From the human T2T-CHM13v2.0 reference genome, Homo sapiens: 64,000 bases of DNA. This document shows positions 54,646-64,000 of the stretch, piece after piece; position 1 is the first letter of the stretch; each line of letters begins with the position of its first letter. The stretch is taken from NCBI RefSeq assembly GCF_009914755.1, contig NC_060930.1; one strand, given 5' to 3'. Position numbers and translations under genes: made by a program. Under the pieces are notes generated by a model. The model did not search any database, was not told where the DNA came from, and was given only the letters and a program-made list of their open reading frames with translations.

Positions 54646-55063
54646 GTCAGTGGTATTAATACATCTAAGCTCCCCAAATCAAGTGCACACTTACAGAAAA
54701 AGATCAATATGAGAAGGACTTGGAGACCCCACAAGTTGAAACAATAGCCTTTGGTAAACAAGAGTTGACAGTATACATGTACTTATCTGAGCACTTGAAA
54801 ATACATGTACCTGAGAACTTAGAAAGAAAATAAATTTAAATAACTCTTTGAAAGCACCATTTAAAAATGGGTACATTTTGCCTACTAGCTGCTGAAAGCA
54901 ATGAACTCCAGAAGGGAAAACAAGGGACCATGAAAAAGATCTTCCAATTTTTATTTTCACAATTCTGCATTCTATACAAGGCTATATAATTTGATATCCT
55001 TTTAGAAACAATAAACAGAGGGAAAGAAATATCATTTACATCTCCAAATATGTTGCTGGTGGA

Positions 55064-55193
55064 CCAGGGCAGATTTTCATATATCTGAGGAAGCTTAAGC
55101 TTCAGAGACCCTTCCAAGAACTTGTACTTATTATAATTTTGGATTTGTCATTTTGTATAAGCTTCTGGCCCCACAAAAAAATGTAATTGCCCT
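55064..55193. mobile_element. hAT-Tip100-like MITE fragment
   Basis: CAGGGCAGATTT...GAAGCTTAAGCTTCAG...TGTATAAGCTTCTGGCCCCACAAAA...AATTGCCCT with inverted ends. Confidence 0.45.
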
Positions 55194-56176
55194 ATGAAGA
55201 CATAGTTGGTAACAGAAAAATACCAAAATATAAACAATTCAGTTAGAGTATCTTGCTTAGTATTGCCATCAAACAGTGCTATGAGACAATGCCAGCACAT
55301 TTAAAATTCTTTTAAAATAACTTTAAATATAGCTGAAAATAACTTTAAAAATGATTTTCAAACATTTAATTTCTTTTAGTAATTTAAGAGAAATATTAAA
55401 GGGCAGCATGTTTCCTATTCTTTGTTTTATTTCCCTGCTCTTTTGATTCCTTTTTCCTCCAAATGCATCTGCTTTTTCATAGAAGGCAGAAAAGATGGCA
55501 AGGCAATTTCAGCAGGGAATTTTATGCAGATGCAGTATTTACGATGGTTGTCCTGGGGAGAGTCTGTGATTAATGATCACATATAACCTGGTTCAATATT
55601 TATATTTTTAAAGTAGGCTTCCTCATTGGCAGCAATGTACTACAAAGTGGACTAGACATCGAAAGATCTCTTAATCCGAGGACATAGACCAATGGGTCAG
55701 TTGGGTACTGTTTATAACCTTTATGATCAATGGTTTTGAAGGTCATGTGTGGTACACATTTATTTAGCCTGCCAGTAGTAAGTCTGCTTCCTGGATATGT
55801 TAACAAAATTGCTAACATTAACAATTTTCTTTACCCGGCATTTGGATGCTACTTATTTTTCCAAACAATGAGTTTTAAGACAGATTCATCATACCTACCT
55901 AGATCGTAGGGACACTCAACCACAGTATTCCTCTGACTTTCAGTTTCTTCACTCTAGAAATTAGCCAGGAACTCATGTAATTGAGAAGATAATTATGCGT
56001 AAGAAGCAGCAACAGGAACAACCATAGCAATAGGAGACCCTCCAAAGTGAGGTTATTAGAGAAGTGCATTAGACTCACACCTCCTCGGAATATCTTTTAA
56101 TTTTATGTTTTGTTTGATTTTTGTTTCAGATTCCTTCCACTGCAAGTTTTTTGCCTGCCTTTGGGAGGCCTCAAGC

Positions 56177-56346
56177 TAGTGGTTCTATACTCTGGTTGCA
56201 CTTTAGAAATACCTGGGAGAGCTTTTAAAAAATGCTTTAGCAGGGCCATATGTCTAGAGATTTTGTCCGATTGGTAGAGTCCAAGCATTAGTATTTCTAA
56301 ATGGCTTTGCAGAGGACTATGATGTGTAGCAGGGTTGAGGTCACTC
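56177..56346. mobile_element. MER5A/B hAT-Charlie MITE
   Basis: TAGTGGTTCT..CTGGTTGCACTTTAGAAATACCTGGGAGAGCTTTTAAAAAATGC...GATGTGTAGCAGGGTTGAGG. Confidence 0.7.
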
Positions 56347-56500
56347 CTCTGAGCCATGACTAACATTACACTGCTCTTCCAATGTTCTACAGTGTATTTC
56401 TCCCCTTGGGTGGCCCTTATCCTCTCCTCTCCCTTCACTCTTCCTTTCAGTAAACCTCTCTTATGCTCTATTTCATCGTCATTCAAGAAACATTTATTAC

Positions 56501-57022
56501 ATGCACACATATGTTTATTGCAGCACTGTTCACAATAGCAAAGACTTGGAACCAACCCCAAAGCCCATCAGTGATAGATTAGATAAAGAAAATATGGCAC
56601 AGATACACCATGGAATACTATGCAGCCATAAAAAAGGATGAGTTCATGTCCTTTGCAGGGACATGGATGAAGCTGGAAACCATCATTCTCAGCAAACTAA
56701 CACAAGAACAGAAAACCAAACACCGCATGTTCTCACTCATAAGTGGTAGTTGAACAATGAGAACCTGTGGACACAGAGAGGGGAACATCACACACCATGG
56801 CCTGTCGGAGGGTAGGGGGCTAGGGGAGGGGTAGCCTTAGGATAAATACCTAATGTAGATGACGGGTTGATGGGTGCAGCAAACCACCATGACACGTGTA
56901 TGCCTAGGTAACAAACCTGCATGTTCTGCACATGTATCCCAGAACTTAAAGTATAATTTAAAAAAATTTCCAAAAGTGAAAATAATAATAATAATAAAAG
57001 GCCTAGAGAACAACAACAACAA
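56501..57022 (+). mobile_element. 5'-truncated L1PA (L1PA7/8-like) 3' end plus extra 3' segment
   Basis: ATGCACACATATGTTTATTGCAGCACTGTTCACAATAGCAAAGACTTGG...CCCAGAACTTAAAGTATAAT; 16-bp TSD AAGAAACATTTATTAC at 56485-56500 and 57023-57038. Confidence 0.94.
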
Positions 57023-57162
57023 AAGAAACATTTATTACGTATTTTAAAACTATCTGACACTGGACTAACATTGGGGATATAAATAAATAAATAAAAATAA
57101 TGATAATGGAAATACAGGCACTGTCTTTGAAGCGTCAGAGTTAATCAAGTAGATGATTGGAA

Positions 57163-57282
57163 GCCAACCATCCTGATTTGTCTGGGGCTGGGAGTGCATT
57201 TGTGGGGAGCACCTTAGATGTGCAACTTTCAGTGCTAAAACCAGGAAAGCCCTGGGAGCACTGGGCCAAGTTGCTCACCCTA
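57163..57282. mobile_element. MER81-like hAT-Blackjack MITE
   Basis: CCAACCATCCTGATTTGTCTGGGGCTG...ACTTTCAGTGCTAAAACCAGGAAAGCCCTGGG...AGTTGCTCACCCTA. Confidence 0.65.
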
Positions 57283-58172
57283 ACTAGGAAACAATGAGGA
57301 ATGGAAGAACTCTGTCTGGAGGGCTGAGGAAAGATTATGAATGTGGCTATACAAACCCAGTTGAGCTCCTGTCTTGAAACATGAATAAGTACAGTATTTG
57401 CTTTGTACATTAGAGTGGAAGAATGAAAGGCATTAAAAATGCCCATAGTGGCAATGGCAGCATTGAAGATGTTCATATTTTTATAGTTACTTAAATTTTT
57501 CCCGGTTGAGAAGTCTAACTTTTTAACTCAGTATTTTCGAAACCTCTATGTTGTCATAGAATTTGTTCATCCAAGACTTTTAAATATCTCCTAGACCCAC
57601 TATTTTGGGAAATGCTGGAGAAGGGTAGTTCACAGAAATGAGAATGGAGAAAGGGCAGAGATAGGCTGGGGACAGGAGTTAGAAGGACATACTAAGAAGT
57701 TTGAAATTTTTCTTATGGGTAATGAGGAGTTTTGAGTTTTTAAATGGGAAAATAGCCTCGAAAGTGTTTAGTTTTAAAAACTAAAACTCTTTCTTCAAAG
57801 TTTTTTTTTTTTTTAACTTCCCTTAAGATGCCTGTTCACTGTGGGTCTCATGTAGATGGTTAGCCTTGAGTGGGGTTTACCACAGCTTTGGGTTGGATTC
57901 TCAAGCAACCTGAGCCTGGGAAGAAGCAGTTTTGGAAAGGTCCTTCCTATGGCTTTCTGCACAGGGCACTAGAGGAGAAAGAGACTGGGGGAAAAATGAA
58001 GAAGTTAGTAGGTGGTCAGTTTACCTGTGTGAAAAATGATAAGGGATGAACTAAGATACTGGTTGCAAATGGAAAGGAAATAAAGTTTCAGAGATTTATA
58101 TCAAGGGTACTATTAATAATAAAAGGGAAGTAATAATGTTTGTTTTTAAATCCCCTGGCTTCAAAGTAGAAG

Positions 58173-58340
58173 GTAGAAGAGAAGATTTGAAATTTTCCCA
58201 ACACAAAGATATAACAAATATTTGAGGTGAGGGATATCCTAATTACCCCGATTTGATTATTACACATTGTATGCATGTAGGAAATATCACATGTACCCCA
58301 TTAATGTCTACAACAATTATGTATAAATTTAAAAATAATA
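58173..58340 (+). mobile_element. L1MA 3' end
   Basis: TAGAAGAGAAGATTTGAAATTTTCCCAACACAAAGA..TGAGGTGAGGGATATCCTAATTACCCCGATTTGATTATTACACATTGTATGCATGT. Confidence 0.82.
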
Positions 58341-58364
58341 ACAAAGAAAAGATTTATAAATAGG

Positions 58365-58505
58365 CATGTATTAGTAGTCAATTTATTTCTATTGCTGAAT
58401 AGTATTCCATTATGAGGATTTACTACAATTTGTTTATCCATTCACCAGCTGATGGATATTTGGATATTCCCAGGTTTCAGCAATTATGCATAAGGCTACA
58501 ATACA
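58365..58505 (-). mobile_element. L1M fragment
   Basis: ATTGCTGAATAGTATTCCATTATG...TTTGTTTATCCATTCACCAGCTGATGGATATTTGG. Confidence 0.75.
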
Positions 58506-58549
58506 TATTAAAAAAATAGACGAATAAATTCTCTGTCTTCAAATTCGTA

Positions 58550-58662
58550 GAGGGTAGGATTCCAAATAAAAACCCAAGAGCCAGTTAAATTTAATTTCAA
58601 ATGAACAACAAAATGTTTGAGTATGTAAGTATGTCTTAGGCAATATTTTTTTCTAAATCCTA
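58550..58662. mobile_element. MER53-like MITE fragment
   Basis: AGGG..AAATAAAAACCCAAGAGCCAGTTAAATTTAATTTCAAATGAACAAC...TAAGTATGTC. Confidence 0.55.
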
Positions 58663-59311
58663 AAAGAGGATGAATTCACATTTTAAATTTCCATCTCATC
58701 TGATGGAGAGATAACGACTCTCCAGAAAGATATGCTTCCTCCCTAAAAAAGGGTTGTATCAACATGAGATACAGTGCAGTCCACTCTCTGAGTAACAGGT
58801 GCTTCAAATGGGCTACACAGGCCTCTGTTGGTGGACAGAGATAATAAACTGAACTTAGTAGTTGCTATAATCATTTATGAGGTTTTTGCTATGAACAGTC
58901 CTGTAGATCCAAACTTTTATTACTTACGTCAAACAGGAGAATCACCTCATCCCAGGCATATTATTCCGATAGTGGTATGCTATAAAATAATACGCTAACA
59001 TGGAGACCTGGCAATCGCATGTATATTTAGTGAAATCGGGGGGGGAAATTCAGAAAACATTACTTTCAGTGAATTTTCAAGTATTGGCTGTTTGTAATTC
59101 AAGCTATTTTAAATTAAAACTATGGCCAAGGAATGTATGGGTACTCGGTGATTATTTTAGAGTTGGAGTCTACTCCTAGCATGTCTATTTTCCTTTCAAT
59201 TGATGATTCCTCTCAGATTACATATGCTGGGGCATGCAGTTAGGGGAGGCTGCGTCCCTAGCATGCTGATGGCTAGACCATGATAGGGACACAATATTCT
59301 GACATAGATCT

Positions 59312-60770
59312 TTGTGGTAGTTTGCTAACAGCCTCTCGTTCTTCTCGTGTCCCTGTGTATTAGACTTTGTTCCCTTACCCATCCAGGAGGGAACCTATTA
59401 ATCTACCCTTTGAATATGAAGTACCTGTGACTGGCTTCCACAGATAGACTGTATGGAAAGTGAAATTGCATAAGTTCTAGAGCTTAAGCCTGAAGACCCC
59501 ATGTGGCTTCTGCCCTTATCCTTCCATACCTGTGGCTGAGTTGTCAAAAATATCTGTTCTGAAAAGGGACAGGCCCATGGCTGGGAACTTTCTGTTTGGA
59601 AAACCTATAGTGGGAGGGCTCCAAGGATACAATATGGGAAAATGTGACTGTTAACTCAGAAGTTTAGGCTACAGGGTGAAACACCACTTACATAGAAGGA
59701 GACCAGCCTTCTAAGTGGTTTTATTGAATACACTAAAATAATCTTTCTCAAACATAGTATTGAGATGCTATTCCTTTGCTTTAGATATTTCAATAACCGG
59801 ATCCACCCCTAATATTTGCAATGGTTTAGGCCAAGAGAACAAATGTAAATCCACATAGATATGGATAAAAATAGAAAAGTTATACAACAATTTAACAAAC
59901 TCTAAATAGAATAAATCATTTTGTAAGAAGATGCCTTCCTGTTGACAAAATCTAAACATACATTTAAGCTAAGGTTTTTATATGAAGTCAGAGGAATAAT
60001 AAAAACAGCTGAAGTGTGTTTGCTTCATGCATGTCTGAGTATTCTGATATAGTTCAATGATTTTAGGCTAAGAAAATGAAAACACAAAATGTATAGCTTG
60101 TTAGATATTAATTCTGTAATATTAATCTTAGGAAAATCACTAATTGTGGTAGGTATTCTAATCAAAATGTTCACATATTAATAATTTGTTCAAGTGACAA
60201 CAATGATATAAATTATAAATACTAAAAATGTACAAAATTAATTTTGAATATATTTTCATTATTTATGCTAAAGTAAATGTAAAAAATGAAAATTATTTTT
60301 CATATGTCTTTTCAAAGAAGACTTTTCTCCAAAAACATTAAAGTTATCTATTATAATTAAAATGCAAATAAATAAATTCTAATAAGGGAATATCACAATA
60401 TTAAATAAGATATTTTTAAATAAAGCCTGTACTCTCATAAAACAGTTTTGGAGCTGGGAAGCCACGAGGAAGAGAAGCAAGTCACTGGGCCAAAAGGCCC
60501 ACTCAACTGTCACACACCCAGAATAAGGTCCAGGTGAGCCCAGCTATGCCCAGGTGGGCCCAGCCCCCAGGGGACCCCCCCCCAGTTGAACATAGCCTCC
60601 AGAAAGAGCACAGGCAAGATGAGCAAAAGAATCAATTGGCCAATACAAAGAACTGAAACAAATACTCCTATATTATTTGGAATCTGAGACAGTATCATTC
60701 CCATGTACACATGCAGAAAGGATGCTGAGCATAAATGGGTTGCCCAGCATAATACAATCACTACAGGCAG
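59312..60770 (+). mobile_element. MLT1G/H-like LTR in two pieces (about 59312-59530 and 60450-60770) flanking a Zaphod/MER115-like hAT segment (about 59800-60440)
   Basis: TGTGGTAGTTTGCTAACAGCC...CCCTTTGAATATG..TGTGACTGGCTT...TTCTAGAGCTTAAGCCT; middle segment starts CCCCTAATATTTGCAATGG..GGCCAAGAGAACAAATG..CCACATA. Confidence 0.5.
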
Positions 60771-61689
60771 GCACCATGATTTTAAACAAAATCTCTGTAA
60801 TTCTTTGCCTTTTCTGCTGTATGTTAGGAAGCTGCAGAGAATCTTCAGAATATTAAGGAAAACTGTAATTGGATTGAGATGAACCCTTTGGCCCAAAGAT
60901 TTTATCTGTCAGGTAAAGTCAATCCTTATTTTTAGATTCTCTGACTCTTGTAGAAAATTAAATGCAAATTTTTATTTGGCACTGACTGTAGGAATGAATG
61001 TGTGTCAAATGAACTAAATCAGATAACATTAAGAAGTATTTAGCAAAAGGCTTGGAACTAGCATAAATATTATTTCACTTTCTAGCTGCACACATATAGA
61101 CCTGGCCAAAAATTAAAATTCATTACATTCAGTGAAACCATATGTATCTGGTTTATAAAACTTATTATCCAAGGCATAATTAATCAAGCATATTAAATTA
61201 ACAGACAGATATTTGTTGAGCTCATACTGTGCAAGAGGCTCTGTGTTGGATGCTGTATCACATGTTCCATCTGAAAAAACAGTGGATAACTTCTTTTCAC
61301 TGGCTTAGATTTCTGGAACTATGTGGATATTTTACTTAGGTGGTAATAATAATGAATGAGAGCCCTTGATTAAATGTTGTGCTCGAAGGTATGTGAATCA
61401 TTGGCCATCCATGTATCAAACAAAACATATTCCTGCTTTATATATTTTGCCCAGAAATATATTGATAATACTGTTTATCCATTTCAAATAGAACTTAAGA
61501 GGGACCTACATTTTATTTTATACTCTTTAGTTATGTGAATATTTCTTTATTCTGTACATTTATTTATATTAAAAAATAAGTTTAAAAAGTGTATGTTTTC
61601 AGAAGCTAACATATTTAAGATCTGTGTATATCTTTTGAAATTATTATTGTATGAGCATTTATTTATATTATATAATATACTTTTATTTT

Positions 61690-62105
61690 TGTATTGATTT
61701 TCTAGGGCTGCCATAAAATGTCACAGACTGGAGAGCTTTTAAACAATAGAGATTTAATTTCTCACAGTTCTGGAGGTTGAGTGTCCAAGATCAAGGTGTT
61801 GGCAGGTTTGGTTTCTCCTGAGGCCTCTCTTTTTGGCTTGCGGATAGCTGCCATCTCTCTGTGTCCTCACATGGTGTGTGCACATCCCTGGTGGCTGTTC
61901 ATGTGTCCAAATTTCCTCTTCTTATAAGGACATCAATCGGATAGGATTAGCACCAACTCTAACAACCTCACTTAGCCTGACTCACCTCTTTAAAGTCTAT
62001 CTGTCCACATGCAGTCACATTCTGAGGTTCTGAGGGTTAGGACTTCAACATATAAATTTGGAGGTAACACAAAAACTAGGGAGGGACATAATATAACCCG
62101 TAGCA
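61690..62105 (-). mobile_element. MLT1A-type MaLR solo LTR
   Basis: TGTATTGATTTTCTAGGGCTGCCATAA...CTCACAGTTCTGGAGG..GTCCAAGATCAAGGTG...GGTTAGGACTTCAACATAT...CCCGTAGCA; TSD ATTTT at 61685-61689 and 62106-62110. Confidence 0.88.
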
Positions 62106-62224
62106 ATTTTTATTATCTTATTTACAACAGAATATGTATATCCTTTTATATTATTATTAAAGGACACTTTATATATTCCTCTTTAGATTATTCTAACATT
62201 TTACACTTACTTATTTGATTGTAA

Positions 62225-62460
62225 CAATAACTAGCAGTTAATATTTAAAGCTTACCATCTGGTGTAACAATAATGATTTTATATTAATTATGGCATTTAA
62301 GCCTCGTAGTGACCATAAGAGCCAGCTACTGCTATTATTCCTATTGCACTGGTGAGAAAACTGAGATTAAGAGTTGTTTGTTGACTTGTAAAGTTACATG
62401 ACTGCTTAGTGGAGAGACCAGATTGTAGTCCAGGCCCTTTGCCTGCAAAGCAGCCCTGTG
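62225..62460 (-). mobile_element. MIR
   Basis: GCAGTTAATATTTAAAGCTTACC...GCTACTGCTATTATTCCTATT...GGTGAGAAAACTGAGATTAAGAG. Confidence 0.65.
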
Positions 62461-63380
62461 AAATCGGTATTGCAGGTACTATGTAATTTCTTGGGGGTTG
62501 CAGGGTATGAATTGTTCCCTTATCATATTTTGAATTCTTATATGGCAGGTCCATTTATTCATCTTTGATGCTAAAATTCTAGCCTGGCAAAGAGTTGGTG
62601 TTCAGTACACTATTGACTTGATGCTGATTAGTTTTAACCATCGTTATTTTCTTTTAAGAAATAAAGAGATACTGGATAAGTAACCGCGACGTATTCAACC
62701 TAGCATCCCAAAGTAGTTTAGCTACAGGGAGCATATAGCATATCAGTAAACATTTTGTTGAACTTGAAAGCAGGGTGCTTCATAGATGTTTGAATCAAGC
62801 CAAATTAAGAGATTGAACTGTTTGCCTAAAGCGACCCAGTTAACTGGTGACCAATTTAACAGCAAAACAAAACAAAAACACTAGGACTTTATTCCATTTC
62901 TAGTCCAGTTACTTTACTTTTACATCTAAATGCTCCATTTATGAGTGAAGTCACCTAGTAAAGTTTGTAGGATAGAGAAACCGATAGTGTCTACTATTTT
63001 TTTAAAATGGCTTGTGAGGTTTCCTTCAAAAAGAGAATCACAACTCACAGCTTTTCTTTTCTGGCAATCAGATATTTATTTAATAACACAGAGCCAGCTT
63101 GAGATGAAAGCAATTTAGTGCTGTCTTTAGAATGGCCACAGCAGCATATTCTTTATTTTATAAGAAAAAAATACTTGATTGGGCAAGCAATTAATATTAT
63201 ATATGCCTGCATACTGTAAGATAGCGAATGCACCTGTGCGTTGAAGGCTGTTTCGCTGTAACACCTACCCATTGTGCTTTCACATTTTGGCCAGTTTCAG
63301 CTTTAGCTTTGAATGGAAAGCCCTGGGGTCTCAGTGTGCTTTCCATTAGAATCCAATTCATCTTTGTTTCCCTCCTTCAG

Positions 63381-63396
63381 CCATCTGGTTACTACT
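63381..63396 (+). other. Candidate 16-nt micro-exon
   Basis: TCTTTGTTTCCCTCCTTCAG|CCATCTGGTTACTACT|GTGAGT. Confidence 0.3.
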
Positions 63397-64000
63397 GTGA
63401 GTAAATGGGAATTGGGATGCTTTATCAAAGCACAGAATGATGAAATCCCAAGCACCTCAAATGGTTCCTAGCTTTTCCACTTAGAAATCACAAGCAATCC
63501 ATTCCCTCTTTTTGCCCCTTTCCTCATAGCCGTGCCACATGTTATCTTAACAGGCTTTCTTTGACTTTCTAGCTTGTAAAAATAAGATAGAGGTAATTTC
63601 TTAAACACTTCTCATACTCAAATAATCACAGAGATGTTTCACCTAATTCTATGTAGGTAGCTTCAATGCACGTATCTGTGTAAGATGTACACATTTTTTC
63701 CTTTTTATTAAGTTTTATGCTGCATGCAATACTAACTGATTCTGCCACTCACCGTGTACATCTTTTTAAATAAAAAATTTTATTTCTTTACCATTTAATG
63801 TGCTTATCTGCAATGTGGAGACAGTAAGTCTGAATTATTTCAGTGGTAACCTGGGAAAATAATTTAGTTTGGAAAGAATTTTGAGTTTTCCTGCTGAAAG
63901 ATTTTATAATTGATATTACTTTTATTTCCATCAACAGAATGCTGAAAGTTATAAGAAAAAAAAATTTAAGTGAAAAAGGTCCGAGCCTCATGCTCACCTC

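Noticed and set aside
56103-56561. Longest ORF in the track (152 aa, minus strand)
   Set aside because: Chimera of antisense L1PA, unique sequence and MER5; no recognisable domain.

Overview
This is AT-rich, CpG-depleted primate genomic DNA, human-like because AluY/AluS/AluJ, L1PA and LTR18/MLT2A elements are present. It is intronic or intergenic. I find no recognisable host protein-coding exon, RNA gene, CpG island or prokaryotic feature. The only ORFs with recognisable protein similarity are decayed LINE-1 ORF2 remnants; the rest are Alu-derived or chance ORFs. A large fraction of the window is interspersed repeat: 13 Alu/FRAM copies (10 on the minus strand), several L1 fragments, seven LTRs (MLT2A, MLT1J-like, LTR18-like, MSTB, MLT2D, MLT1G-like, MLT1A), DNA transposons (MER44, MER119, MER33, MER5, MER81, MER53, Zaphod-like) and many MIR/L2 relics. 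Subfamily names come from recalled consensus sequences, not from a RepeatMasker run. The best leads are four. (i) A coherent plus-strand spliced 3' end next to an LTR18-like solo LTR: 31-nt exon, 163-nt intron with a CTGAC branch point, terminal exon with AATAAA. (ii) A candidate regulated micro-exon zone at 63.3-63.85 kb with a hairpin and adjacent TGCATG/TACTAAC motifs. (iii) An L1PA insertion with an apparent short 3' transduction inside a 16-bp TSD. (iv) An intact MLT2A solo LTR with DUX4-like sites. None of these amounts to a demonstrated novel biological system.
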